A DNA stretch of 64,000 bases, counting the filler, from Asterionella formosa (Eukaryota), in assembly GCA_002256025.1 (NCBI GenBank). It is 24 parts of 24 records of this genome, joined end to end, with 100 filler letters (N's around TTAATTAATTAA, not from the genome) between each part and the next. Parts side by side here need not be neighbours in the genome. Positions count along the whole stretch, not along the records: positions 29,597 to 47,899 come from NKIB01004084.1; positions 48,000 to 49,140 come from NKIB01004086.1; 22 more parts are not named here. One strand, given 5' to 3'. Position 1 is the first letter of the stretch, and each line of letters starts with the position of its first letter. The notes beneath the pieces were generated by a model. The model saw only the letters and a program-made list of their open reading frames with translations. It was not told the DNA's origin and searched no databases. Positions 34,401 through 48,238 of this stretch are shown in pieces. The translations under genes and the position numbers were made by a program.

Positions 34401-36089
34401 GGTGAATTCATGACATTGGTATTTGGCTCAAGTGAAGTACGGATGCGCTGCCCTGTTATGTTAGGAAGACAACCAAGTTAGAAGAAGTATTCATAATATC
34501 ATTGCAAATGAAAAAAAACAAGAAAGGACTCACCACCAGTTCAGTTATCAATCTGAATTTGGTCAACTAATTTGGTCATGCTGTTATGAAAAGCATCGAG
34601 AGAAAATTTGGCTGCCCATCCATCCTGCGAGGTCCTGATACTCTCTGAATTGAATGGACGGCTGGGATCATGAAACTGAGAGGCGTCAAACGCATCTTCA
34701 CGAAAGCATTGCATGATTTCAGAATTTTCTGGATCGCTTTTTTGTAACAGTCCTCGTCCCCTGTCTGTCATAGTGAATATATCAGAATCGTTGGATATGT
34801 ATGACAAAAAATTGTTTTATGATTTTGTAAATATAATTCTGTGCAGTAAATATTGGGTTACAATGTATTTGAAATCATACCAGATGACCTTTGAAACATT
34901 ATCCTGCACTCTATGGGTCCGGGGAAGTAGTAAGAGACTGGGCGCGCTTCGAAATTTAAAAATATTGGGCGCACTCTGATATTAAAAAATTATTATATCA
35001 TGTGTATTATAACACAAATTGTTGTACCCATGACCCCAAAATTTGTCTTTGTGTTGACCAAATTTGGTAAACCTGATGGTGAGGTGCCTACCAGGCTTAC
35101 CAAATTTGGTCAACACAAAGACAAATTTTTTACTGTTGTAAATAGCAGTGCATTATATAAGAAGATTTTTAGGCATGAATGACTAGCTACATATAATTTC
35201 TAGTAATATTTCAAGACTTGCTTGCTCTCAGTAGGTTTTAGAATAGTAGTAATAGTAGTGGATACTGACATTGAAAGGAAGTGGGAGTGCATGGGAAAGA
35301 TCAGAAAGCAGCAATAAAAGAAGAGAGTGAAGAAAAGTAAAAAAGGACTGGGCAATTGTCTCAGTGGGCAATACTGGATAATAAAGCAAGAAAAGAAAGA
35401 GAGAAGAAAAATAAGTACTAGGCAATTTCTCAAGGGGCAATAATGGGTAAAAATGAAGAAAATGCAATGAAGTTTGCTGAAAGAAGAAAGAGAGAAGAAA
35501 AAAAGGACCGGGCGATTGTCTCAAGGGGAAATACCGGGTAACAAGCAATGAAAGAAAAAGCAATGAAGTTTGCTGAAAGAATTTTGACACTGTCGCTGGT
35601 GGGACAAGAAAATGAACTGGTTTTAGAAAATTGCTCTGGGAACAAAGGAGCAGGAGAAACTAACTGAAGAATGCGCAGGTATAAGCGTTTTGGGCTTGTA
35701 ACCACTTGAAAGAGAAGTCATGATAGATTAACCTGAAAGGAGTTCGACTTATTGAAAAATAGAATATATATCTCGATATATATACTCAGCAACATAGGTG
35801 CTGGGCAGTGGATCGAAGGATCATGGTGATTTTAGGAGAATGTTATTGGATAGATCTGACTCTATTGGTATTTCCAAATTAAGTGAGCTTATAGAATTAA
35901 CTTTTAGCAAACCAAACAAACAAAACTAAGTCATATATGAGTAAATCGACTCATGTTCATGACAAGACTCAAAGATTGATTCAAATATGAGTAAAGATTG
36001 ATTCATGTTCATGACTAGACCCAAAGAGGTCATCACTGGGCTAATTTGGAGACACAAACAAGATTCATTTGACTTGTCTGTTTCAACCT

Positions 36090-36460
36090 GCTCCAGCATG
36101 CCCTCCAATCTGGCACCGCCAGTAGGGTAAAACTTACGCCACCAGTTCAGGAATTTTTGCAGGATTTCTAGCACATCTTTGACACCCTCCATGCTCACCC
36201 TGCCCGCCTCAGAGAACTCATTCCCACCGATCCTACTTTCGTTGGGGCCTGCGATGCCTTGGGTTGGGCACTTAGTAACCAACTCTGACCTGGTGGAACT
36301 TGCGGCCACAATTAAGCACCAAGACATACTTGGCACCACCTACTCCACTGCTGAACTCACCAACAGAAGTGGAAGCGACAACATTGCTGCGGTGGCATGG
36401 CAACACAAAGGGTCTTCCACAACTACCGCACCAGCCTGTGCCTACTTGTTGCATCAGTTT
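36090..36460 (+). mobile_element. DIRS/Ngaro-type retrotransposon RT-RNase H relic
   Basis: LTPPVQEFLQDF*...HPARLRELIP, then VTNSDL.ELAA, SDNIAAVAWQHKGSSTTTAP..AYLL. Confidence 0.7.
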
Positions 36461-36899
36461 TGAAGATATGACCAAAAACGAGATGGTGTTGAGTCCGCGG
36501 TGATTAGCTTGATAACTTTGACTAGATAAGGTTTTCCATGTTTTGTAGAAGTAGGTGAGAAAACTTGAGCAACAGTATTCTCGGAGAGGGTACAACATTT
36601 CAAGACGCAACAAATTCCTCTATGTCAATTTTGAAGTGAGTTTCATGTAAGCACTAATTGTCATGGTCCATAGTTCTATGGAATCTTGATAAGGTCATTT
36701 GACAGTTTACTATTGACATACTTTCAGCCATTCAACAATGCACTGCGTGTTCTTTACGCGAATAAAAACTTTGCATCACAGAAATGATCACAAACTCCCC
36801 TGACTGACAGTTCATGCATTTTCTGATACTTTTATGGAAAAATTGTATTCTTTCGCCAAGCTTTCCATCTCACCAATGATGCCCTGCTCTCACATTTTA

Positions 36900-37960
36900 T
36901 TCAAATTTTCCTCAGACCTCCTCTCGGCAACTGCACCATTTCACCTCCGACATGTGCTCCGCCTTGACCTCGTCCGTGCTGTGCAGGAGGCGGTGGCTCC
37001 TGGGGTCTTTCACCATCAATCCCGCATGGCCTGTTGAACATGGCTAACCTTCGGCGCAACCCTCAACCTTGACCCCTCCTTTCAGACCTTCCCGATAATA
37101 TTCCCATCTTACAAATTTTTGCCTTCCGATAACGTTATGGCGTCATTTGCCCCCTCTCAATGACCGGTCAGGGCTCAAACAGTTGAGGATGCCAAGAATC
37201 AGCAGGTTGCAAAGACATACGCCAGCTTGGGTACCAAGGACCCTCGAGTCAACCAATTTGGTTCGTTAGATTTCCGTCTCCTTCAACAACAAAAATAATG
37301 CTCCAAATGAGAATCACCACCCACCCGAGTGAAACCAATTGCCCACCACAGTAGCCTGCGTTCCCCATGTGCTACCATTGACATGGCCATCATTGCATAT
37401 TTTTTCCTCATGCAGCCAGGGGAATATGCTGGCCTCCCCCATCCGGATTTAAATCAATGCCAGCTGTTTCGTCTGCAAGAGATTCAGCTCTGGATTGGCC
37501 ACCACCGATTAGCCTTTCTTCTTCAGTGTCCTCTCCAGGATCTCCAGGTTTGTGGTGAAGTCATTGGCCACCCCTTTGCCTGCCCTGCCTTGGCTATATG
37601 TTGTCGGCTTACCCATCTCCGCCTTCACCATGCTGCCCCCACTAGTAGCCCACTGAATTGCGTCACCACCCATGCCTGCTCCACATATGATGTTGTCTTC
37701 TCACATCACGGTCGCCCTCCACGCATCCACTACCATCCTTGGCCGCTCCTTGGGTTTTCTCCCCTCTGATGTGAGTGAGCGCTCCTTATAGGCCCTCCTC
37801 TTTGCCCATGTTGATATGGACTGTATTCTACTGGTCGGCTGATGGCGTTCTGACGAAATGCTCTGTTACCTCCACCTTCAAGCACAACCCATCATGCACA
37901 ATCTCTCTTGTCAAATGCTGCTGGTGGCAACTACTCCTTAATCCCTGGCCAGGATATCCC
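36900..37960 (+). mobile_element. DIRS/Ngaro-type tyrosine recombinase relic
   Basis: PVRAQTVEDA, LGTKDPR, LDFRL, PPTRVKPI, IIAYFFLMQPGEY, LFRLQEIQL, VG*WRSDEMLCYLHLQAQP. Multiple stops and frameshifts. Confidence 0.78.
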
Positions 37961-39424
37961 CAATGTCCTGCAGGAAAAACCCCACCCAGTCATCCCTTCC
38001 GGGATCCCAGGCAAGGATCCCATGCGGCTCTTAGAGGACTGAGGAGATATTTTTTTAAGAGTGTAAATAGGGTGAGTCAGGCAAGGAGCCCAAGTGACTC
38101 TTAGAGTAGTACAGTGGACATAAGTGAGATAGTATCTGGCAATGAGTGAGGGATAAAATAAGTATACTAGCAAGAAGGTGATAGAATGGACAACAGAAGC
38201 TGATAATTAGCTTTGAAGCAGGGTTTGAGAAAACTTGAGTAGATATTTTATGCGTGGTGTCAGAGATAGAAGAATAGCATGGGAGCTGTGGATGGTAAAT
38301 TGATAAGAAGGTATCAAAATTCAGATAAATAAAATGCAGCAGTCAAAATGGATTGAAAGCGAAAGGAATTCTTGAAGCTTGTGCAAGGCAGTATGTTTCT
38401 TTGGGGGGTAATAAAAAGGATAAAAGAAATGCAGGGATGGAAGTATATATTTGCTTGACAAGAGAGAGGCCGGTCTTGATAGTGCTGGCATTGACTTGTT
38501 CTGGGGTGTAATCAGCTGAAATTGGAGTGGGGACAGACTTAGACAATAAGTAAATTGAAGTACTTGATGGATCTGATGGATCTGATGGTATATTAGGAGT
38601 CGAGATTGCCAATGAAGTAGCAAGATCAGAGGAAAAAGTGTTATTCCTGGCTGCTGCCTTTGGTGCCTGCTGAGCGATGGCAAAGAGTGTGGGTGACAGC
38701 TGTGATGGAAAGCAGTTCCTTGGGATTTCCGGAGGGTCTACTGAGGGTCTTCCAGGTGAATATGAGAGAGTTGGAAGTGGTAGAGAGAGACAGGAAGGTG
38801 TCATGGGTAGAAGAATAAGCATTTGCGTGAAGAAATCGCTGTGAGAAGTGTGCAAACCAGGCGAAATTGCTTTTCTCAGGATAGAGTGGGCGGATTTGAA
38901 TGATTTTTGCTGTGGAGTGACCGGCAGGGCTAACAGAGCAAGTTGAGCGTGAATAAAAGTGGAGGAGGAGTGAGCGAAGGGAGAGGCAGTGTTCAAAGAG
39001 GACATGGTGAATGAGGAGGGTGTCAGCAGCAGCGCTACAGACTGCAGACGTAGGCTTAGTACTAGAAAATTGAAGAGAGTGGGGATAGTAACCCGGAAAA
39101 TTCAATGGTGCAATGTTGAAACTATGGATAATGGCAAATATGTAACACACTGTGGGAGATCGAACAAAATGACCTTAAAAGAACGCGAAGTTTGCAAGTT
39201 CGAAAAAGAAAGGGAAAGCCCGGATATGTGACGTTTTGCTCCTTTCTTTTGCGCTCTTTGCTTTGCGAACTTCGCATTCTTTTGCGGTCCTGTTGGAAAA
39301 CGTGATGCGAGGTTGATTTGAGATTAAAAATACAGTTTTTGTACGTGACTTTCGTAATTTGGAGTTTCCGTGAACTCCCAGAGGAGTATTACCAGTACTG
39401 GTTCAAGTATGTATGATCATTGTA

Positions 39425-40767
39425 CCTGCAAGTTGTGGTCATTTTGCCAAAAATGGAATGCGGCGCCATCAAGCACTCATGCATATTCGACTCCCCGGTA
39501 ATATTACTTAGAAATTTAGAAATTTCTAACGGTTTCGCGCTGGCCAATCAATTTCATTATTATCAGAATCTAATTTTGAAGAAAATTTTTCTGAAAAAAC
39601 CAGTTTCCAAACTTTGACGATTGGGGGGTTTTCGATTGGGGTTTTTCCCCCAAATCACAATTTTGAGTTTCAAGATTCCTTGTTCCAGAAATCTCCTATT
39701 TTATATGCATTTATCTCCCAGTATGAATGTACAGAAGTGCAAACAGCTGTGGTAAATATCGGTATGCATTATACATATGAGTACGACGTAGTACATACAT
39801 CATGCATCCCTGTAACATACCGGTATCAACTACCGATTCATACTGGTACTGGAATACCACACCCTGGTACAATTCAATTTATGTCAGTATACAATATGGT
39901 TTTTTGTAGCTCTACATTCTACAAGCATGTGCCGGTATGTTCTTGGAACATGATGTTTGCCGGTTTGGTACCGGTAGTAGTGGCAACATCATGACAATGA
40001 TGATACGCCTATTGTAAACAGATCAATCACGAATTATAAACCAATTGTTGTTTTCAGCTACTAATATTATAGTATATGTCTACTTGATGTACAATGGTTT
40101 TTGTTCCGGCAAGAAACAATGGAGATATTGTCATTGTGGTTGAACGCCATGTTGCTTCCACCGATTTTCTTTTTTAGCTATTTCGCAATGAATATCAAAG
40201 CTACGTGTTCGTTTCATTCACTACTTGGCTGCTAGCAACACGTGTATTCTATCTAAGCAACTAATAAAAGAGTTAAGCAGTTGTATAAAATCGAAAATTA
40301 ATAATCATTTTATCAAGGGTTGTTATCATGATGGTAATGGAAAATTTCTCATGTTCGATTCTTGAGCGATTGTATAGTAGTTATTTGTAGGCAGAGAGCA
40401 GCATATATATTGTACATATACCAGTATGTGAATGTACCGCTATATGTATTCCCGTACTTGTGCACTTATTGGCAGGGGTCAACAATCATGTTCTCTCTTT
40501 GATCCCTATCCTGTGCCTGCATCTGACCCCAACACAATCTAACATACCGGTAAACCCCCCCTAACTTTTTGGATTGGGGGAATGAGTTTGATCCTAAAAT
40601 CCTAAAATAGTTCCTGCCAAACCCCTAGCATAATAGTATTCAAAACGATCATGCCATGAATGAAAGATAACTGGTATCCGAACTAGCCAGATTATTTATT
40701 CTAGTATTGGATCTGCAGGCGTGTATATCCAAATCGTCATTTCGGAAATTTTACCGCAATTTGCTGG
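39425..40767. mobile_element. Possible 1.3-kb non-autonomous element bounded by CCNGCAAGTTG-type ends
   Basis: TA|CCTGCAAGTTGTGGTCATTTTGCC at left and TTTTACCGCAATTTGCTGG|TA at right. Encloses the repeat shared with 14170-14620. The two ends could belong to separate copies. Confidence 0.5.
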
Positions 40768-42269
40768 TACCTGGTACCAGGGTACCGGGGTAAAATGCTA
40801 GACATACAGACTACAGCCTATATATACTGTAAAACCTGGTGTCTCGTATCTCCCCAGATACCTGTACCCCCTTTGTACATCCTGGCACAACACTCCCAAA
40901 TATTTCATGTGTACAGAAAAAATAACACAACATAACCGTATTCTATTGATTGATATGTATTTTTGTATATTACCGGTACCATACTGTTCCCTGTAAATAA
41001 AGTATCGTTACATAGATGCAACATGAGAATTGCAGAAAACATTCGTGATGGCGAAGCCTTGGCCTCTTAGGTACTACCACCAATGGAAGAAGCTGTGAGC
41101 AGCATGCCTGCTGTGGGGCAATCTTGAGGCTGAATGATTGTGTTTGGTTAAAGACATCAGTTGTCCTGATTGATGGAGTTGATCAGGCAGGTAGCAAGAC
41201 TGTTCTGGTCCTTGATGGGATGGAACTATGCACAGTTGGTTTCCTTGCTTGCCAAGACTATACCAGCTTTGAAGAAAACAAGTGACAAGTTTGTCAAAAA
41301 GTTTTCTCAAGTCATTGAGCTCTATGAAAGTAGTGAAAATTCTGCCAAAAGGGCGAAAAGCCACAATAACCTTGGAGTTTGTTCATTCCGGCTTCTTGAG
41401 GACATCTAGATTCAGGAATAAATGTTACGAAAACTGGACAAGCCTTCAAGTCCTTCAATCAATCTACATTAGAACATTGATATTCTTGTTAGAAATTAGC
41501 ATTTTCAACATTAGAATCACTTCGTTTTAGTTTTTTAAGTCGCCAGCATAATTTGTTTGACTAATAAGGTTAGCCATCCGATCTTATTGACAATTGTGAT
41601 TGTTTCACTAAAATTAAATGTTAAAATAGATTATCAAATGATCCGATCCTACTTGACTAATTAACAGTAGCAAAGCCCTCAAATCCAATGCTCCTCCAGG
41701 TATTGGTGATTGTTTCAATTGAGACTCTAGCCCATGCCATCTCTACCTATGGTGCAATCAGATACTAATCTAGGAAATCCCGGGGTGTTCTTAGTATTCA
41801 ATACTACAGTATACTGCCAACCCAGTAAGTAATCCCAACCTATGGTCCCAACATCCCAAGTAAGCAATGTTGTTTCTACCAGGGATAACTTGGATACTTC
41901 ATTGATGACTTCACTTGAATACAAAACAGCATTGTGATAACAAATTTCATTCGCAATTGCTGTACTCTTTATACCCACAAAAAAAGTGCAGCTATAAGTA
42001 TATACATATTGGTAACATGACCTTACGAATAATACCGTACTGTATCTGTTAAGCATATCTGGTACCAGGTAGCAGGTTCAGTACTCTGTTACCCTGCGGT
42101 ATTGTAGTCATTGCAGTCATAACCAAGTCATTATGACCCTTAGGCAACTACCTCAACCTTCTCTGTGTAGTAATAAGTATACCGGTATCGATAATAATGA
42201 TCTGCTTCTACATACATGAATACATAAAATGATGACTGCGCGGACCACACATAATACCGCGACCTGGTA

Positions 42270-42369
42270 CCTGGCAAGTTGCGGTCATTTTGCTTAAACT
42301 GACATTTTAATCTGGGATAAAGATGGCTAAATCTTTAGTTTCAGCAAAATTACCGCAACCTTGCTCTGG
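42270..42369. mobile_element. Intact ~100-bp MITE of the CCNGCAAGTTGCGG family
   Basis: TA|CCTGGCAAGTTGCGGTCATTTTGCTTAAAC...GTTTCAGCAAAATTACCGCAACCTTGCTCTGG|TA, ~30-bp TIRs. Confidence 0.85.
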
Positions 42370-42592
42370 TACATTTGTGCCTGGGATTAACAAAATTGGA
42401 ACATCCTTATTGTTGTAGATGACATGACCGATAGAACAAGACGTATGACTAACCCCGATGCACGCATTCACAAAGGATGTAGTAAAACGAAAAAATATTT
42501 TGAGTTTAGTCCTCACAGAATTCAATTTGGTTATGTTGTTTGACAAAACATCTAGCCAGCTTACAGAAGCAAAGTAGCAGAAAGCTTATACC

Positions 42593-44424
42593 ATGATGAC
42601 CTATGTTCGAGGTGTGGCGCTAGCGACTTGTTGTGTCGTTTTGGTGATTGGATTGCTGAACTACAATGACTCCATACACTCTATCGCTCGGCGCCAACTT
42701 CAGGCGCAAGGTGGGCGGGGACAGCAGCAACAGTATGCTGGTACTCAAAGTGGTCAAGGAGAAAGTGGCGAAGGTTGGGGGAGAATGCAGCAACAGCAGC
42801 GACGAGTTGCAATTGATCCTCAAAGCGGTCAAGAAGGAAGTAGTGGAGGTTGGGGACAAGTGCAACAGCAGCAGCAAGTTGATCCTCCAAGCGGCCAAGG
42901 AGGAAGTGGCGGAGGTTGGGGTAAAATACAACAACAGCAACAACAAGTTACAGTAGATAATCAAAGTGCTCAAGAAGGGCATAGCGGAGCCTGGGGACAA
43001 GTGCAACAACAGGAGCAGCAATTTTCTCCTCAAGACAGTCATGGAGGAAGTGGCGGAGGTTGGGGACAAGTGCAACAACAACCACAAGAGCAAGTTGGTC
43101 CTCAATACGGTCAAGGAGGAGGCAGTGGAGGATGGGTAAAAGATCAAACTGAAACTCAAAGCCGTAAAGGATTAGGCTCAGTCGGTAGCACTGGGTGGGG
43201 AAACCAGCAACAGCAACAAGGTGGTACTCAAAGCGATCAAGGAGGCGGGTTTGCTGGGTGGGGACAGCAGCATCCGCAAGTTTTTCCGCAAAGTGGCGAA
43301 GAAGAAGGTTCTCAGCATCCCAAGAATCAGCCGTTTGTTGGCGGTCAGCAGAATATTGTCCAAGCTATGGGAAGTGAGCAGCAACTGGTCCCTCGAAGCG
43401 TTCTGCAGAAGGGAGGCAACATTGCACCGAATGTGGAAGTTAAGCAACAGATTGGCTCCAACAATGCCCAGAATGAGAAAATCCAGCAATTTGGGCATAA
43501 CATTTCATCGAATAACCAGTGTCAAGTGAAAAGTCCTAAGGAAATGAAGGTCAAACCAACCTGGGCCGCATCTTTCCCTGGATCAGGCATCAAAATTTTC
43601 TGGAAAACGATTCAGGGCACAACAGGACTCTTTACAGGAGATGATAATGATTCTTCTGGTCAAATGAAGAGGGGCGTCGTAGTGACAGTGAAGACACACT
43701 ATCCCAGTACACATGTTTCTGTGAGTTTCAGTTTTCGAGTGTGTTGATTGCTCTTTTTAGCTTCTTTTCATAGTTGTATCTCACAAAATGGTTACCACAT
43801 AAACCACAGCCAAAGTTCTTTCTCTTGGACACTGCATCCCTTAAGTCCGCCATTCTCTTGGTTCGTAATCCCGTGACCACCCTGCCTGCCTACTTCAAAT
43901 TTTTGTATCGCTATGAATTTGGTCATGGACCAGACGCAAAAATTCCCATCGCAGATTGGATCGCATGGAGGAACGACAACCTTGAAGTACAAATGAAGAA
44001 GTGGGTGGAGCACACAAGGTGGTGGTTACAACAATACAGCGCAAGCGGCAACTTGCTGGTTGTCCAATTTGAAAAATTGGTTTCCAAAAGTGAAGGTCCA
44101 CAGACATTGGTGCAAATCGTTAATTTCTTGAACAGTGTGGACCCCGAGATTGGTGCAACGAAGGCGCCAGATAATGATATGCCTTGCCTATGGCAAGAGT
44201 TGATCGGAGACACGATCCCTGAAGAGAAATTGCCGAAGAACATGAAATTGGAGGCCGAAGCACCCACTTTTCCGTTAACATTGGATCAGTTGGATATGAT
44301 CAGTAAAATATTGAAAGACTTCAAACGAGAATTTGCAAGGGATCCCAATGTAGACCTTTTTATCCCCGACTTCAACAAGGGTGTCACTGTTGCAAAGAGA
44401 CAAGTCGAAAAGTTGTTGGCATAG
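42593..44424 (+). CDS. Type II membrane sulfotransferase-like (WSCD-family-like) protein with Gly/Gln/Trp repeats; intron 43721-43809
   Basis: N-terminal TM, WAASFPGSG, TTGLFTGD, VKTHYP, AILLVRNP, VVQFEKL. The GTGAGT...CAG phase-0 intron joins the two ORFs. An alternative acceptor at 43773 is possible. Confidence 0.85.
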
Positions 44425-45386
44425 AATTATACTCTGTATTGAGAAACACCAGGCAATTTAGGGTCATTGCATATAACATAATTGACGTCCATATAAGTAA
44501 AGAGCACATTCTTCAATCCTAGCCTGAAGTTTAGTAGCTTCAATTTTCCTCACTGGTTTAGTTTTGCTGATTCAATAATAAAGTGCCAATACTTCATGGT
44601 ACTATACCAATGTAGAAGATAGCTTTGATGTAACAAAGAAAGCAATTTGCTCCAGTTGCAACAAATGCTTCAATGCGTATGATTTTCCCTCTCATTATAC
44701 AAATGGGATAAGTCTGAGGACTAACAATGGGTGTGTGAAATCATTGATGTTGAAGCTGCTCTTCTTAATGGAAGAGTGAACCTACATTGAATGGCCAGAT
44801 GGGGCTTTAGAGTTTGGTTTCAAAACACAAAAAACAATGAAACAAATGCATTAGGTTGGAGAAGGCCATGTATAGCACAGTTTAAGCAGCGCTACAATTC
44901 TTCAAGAAAATGGTTCAAAACCTAACCAAAGTTTGATTACAGCAAAGCAAAGAAGATGCCAGTGTATTCTTCAGCAAGGAAAACAATGCACTAATCCTAA
45001 GAAATGCTAAGGGTAAATTTTTGTTGGATTAACAAAGTTGAAATGATTGATTTGTCTCAAATGATTCAATAGATCATCTTGCATTTGGTGGGAAACCACT
45101 GATATGGACAAAAGACATTTGGTAGGTGCTTTCACAACTGATAGAACATAGCTGACACATGCATATTGTTTCTTTCAGGATACTAATGGAAAACAAACCG
45201 CATTTTTAAGTTATAAACGCCAGTGTTGGAACAATATTGATGATTTCTTGTGTGATAATCAATTGACACATTTATTTCAGAAAAGTTCGAAAATACATTG
45301 ATAAGTAGTAAACTAACAATATAGAAACAGAAGTACTTGTTGCGGCGTAAACAAGCAATACATAACCAACAACTTGCTGCTTATCA

Positions 45387-47232
45387 TCGTCACAATGATT
45401 GGGAGAGCAAAACGAACATTAAATGGATCAGCATCTCCTTTGGTAGGACCAAAAAACGAGCAAGAAAATGTAAACCAGCGCAAGAGCTGAGAGGAGACAT
45501 ATGTAAAACCGGAAAAAAGGACAAAGAAATAAACAGTGATATGAGGAGAAAGTAGAACATGGTAGATGAGTGATTGGCAAACAATTACTTTCCAAGTTGA
45601 GTGACAATGAGGACCATAGGTTTATCTGCAATCGCCGTGAGAAGTGGATGTGGAAGGATACATGTGAAATTCCTAGGTATAGTGATGATAAAATATATGG
45701 AATCCAATAAGTGGAGGATCAATATTTTTAGTGATTAGAAGCCAAGACATGCGACAATTATTGACAAATGAATTGAGATGCTTACTTATTGACAAATGAA
45801 AAAGATACTCATTTATTGTCAAATGAATATGCTTACTTATTGTCAAAAAACTAACAACATATTGACGAGATTAAGGAAAGTGTGAGATGTCTTTTCAGGA
45901 TTACATGAGTAATCAGGCAAGAACAAGACTAGAGATACGATTAACAGATAGCTCACAATATTACAAAGTGTAAAGTAAAAATACGTTTCCAGCTTTAGTG
46001 ATCTTAAATGTAAGATCAGTGACATTTCAACCAGACAAATTATCATAGTGATGCAATTCGCAGACACCATGTGCATATTTTATTCAGTACTTTGTACGCT
46101 ACGGCATCTACTCCGTAGTATTCTTGATGTGGAGTTGGTTTGATTACAACACCTTTGGTACCTGGTACTATCTGGTAGTGAATAATTGCATCAGCAGTTC
46201 CTGCTCCAGCTATCGTCTTGCCACTAGCTAGGGTACCTCCAAGTATATTTGTAGCGATAGTATCTACATTTCACATGCAGTGTTTCACTGTTATACTCAC
46301 CGATCCGCTCGTCACAATGATTGGGAGAGCAAAACGAACATTAAATGGATCAGCATCTCCTTTGGTAGGACCAAAAAACGAGCAAGAAAATGTAAACCAG
46401 CGCAAGAGCTGAGAGGAGACATATGTAAAACCGGAAAAAAGGACAAAGAAATAAACAGTGATATGAGGAGAAAGTAGAACATGGTAGATGAGTGATTGGC
46501 AAACAATTACTTTCCAAGTTGAGTGACAATGAGGACCATAGGTTTATCTGCAATCGCCGTGAGAAGTGGATGTGGAAGGATACATGTGAAATTCCTAGGT
46601 ATAGTGATGATAAAATATATGGAATCCAATAAGTGGAGGATCAATATTTTTAGTGATTAGAAGCCAAGACATGCGACAATTATTGACAAATGAATTGAGA
46701 TGCTTACTTATTGACAAATGAAAAAGATACTCATTTATTGTCAAATGAATATGCTTACTTATTGTCAAAAAACTAACAACATATTGACGAGATTAAGGAA
46801 AGTGTGAGATGTCTTTTCAGGATTACATGAGTAATCAGGCAAGAACAAGACTAGAGATACGATTAACAGATAGCTCACAATATTACAAAGTGTAAAGTAA
46901 AAATACGTTTCCAGCTTTAGTGATCTTAAATGTAAGATCAGTGACATTTCAACCAGACAAATTATCATAGTGATGCAATTCGCAGACACCATGTGCATAT
47001 TTTATTCAGTACTTTGTACGCTACGGCATCTACTCCGTAGTATTCTTGATGTGGAGTTGGTTTGATTACAACACCTTTGGTACCTGGTACTATCTGGTAG
47101 TGAATAATTGCATCAGCAGTTCCTGCTCCAGCTATCATCTTGCCACTAGCTAGGGTACCTCCAAGTATATTTGTAGCGATAGTATCTACATTTCACATGC
47201 AGTGTTTCACTGTTATACTCACCGATCCGCTC
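45387..47232 (+). repeat. Head-to-tail duplication, 922-bp period
   Basis: Copies 45387-46310 and 46309-47232 share a TC at the junction. The only difference I saw is G46215/A47137. The ORF track is duplicated at a +922 offset. Confidence 0.95.
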
Positions 47233-48129
47233 TACATAACATAACAAGCAGCAGATGATTGAAATGAGAGAAAAGTCAAAAGTTCCCTGTTGCAAGCCCA
47301 AATTGAGCAGCTGCAGGCAGGATAGAGTGATAATTATGATAGTGAGGACGAAATCGGGAATTCGTAAAATCAATAAATATGTGAAGCAAATAATTTAACA
47401 TACTAGTCTAGTAAAGATAATACCAACAAGTCTACAGCATGTATATTGTAACAATGTGTTCAAATTAATTGTTAAAGTTTAGCTAAACCCATGCTTGGTT
47501 GTTTTGAGTACCACGTACATATGTAGGTTAGATGACTAGAATAACAGTTAGGTATGGATGATGCAACTATTTGAATCCCTCGAGAAGACTAGCAATACAA
47601 CAACCAACCACATCTGTTAGACAACGAATCGCTACTGGCGTCATCACGGAACTGCTTTCGCTTCAAACCGGTCATGATGGACGACGATTGGCATGGCGAA
47701 AGGTGAATTGCCAGAGTCTACTTTTCAGGAGACAAACAAAAATGAGGTGAATTCTAGAAAATAAATTATTAGAATCTGTATAGTATATAAAATGGTTTCC
47801 TTAAGTAGATCCCTTGCCGATTTCGGCAATCCCAGGGCTGGAAAACCGAGGGGCAATTGGTGTCTGTTGTCTTGCCAAAATGCGAACATATGAAATATAN
47901 NNNNNNNNNNNNNNNNNNNNNNNNNNNNNNNNNNNNNNNNNNNTTAATTAATTAANNNNNNNNNNNNNNNNNNNNNNNNNNNNNNNNNNNNNNNNNNNNA
48001 AGACTACAGATCCAAGCCAACTGATGAAGCCCCTTCAGGCGAAAAGTAACATTAGTCTCATTACTTTTTGGCAACTTAAGTAGTCACCTCATCGTCGCTT
48101 GGATAATAGTCATTGTAGCCCTCACCTCT

Positions 48130-48149
48130 ACCCTAACCCTAACCCTAAC
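48130..48149. repeat. Short interstitial telomere-type repeat (CCCTAA)3
   Basis: accctaaccctaaccctaac read directly. Confidence 0.6.
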
Positions 48150-48238
48150 AGTAGAATCTTGGCACACAACACACATAGTTAGGTGCTATCATTCAGGTTA
48201 TGATTGTCAAAGGCAATTATCATTTGAGGTGATTCACA

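Noticed and set aside
38321..39231. Overlapping ORFs up to 220 aa
   Set aside because: Low-complexity, frameshifted, probably decayed repeat sequence. No family recognised.
41020..41420. Possible TPR-like fragment (AKSHNNLG)
   Set aside because: One short motif among stops is too little to call.
45337..47373. Duplicated short ORFs as gene pairs
   Set aside because: No recognisable motifs. They are duplicated only because the DNA is.
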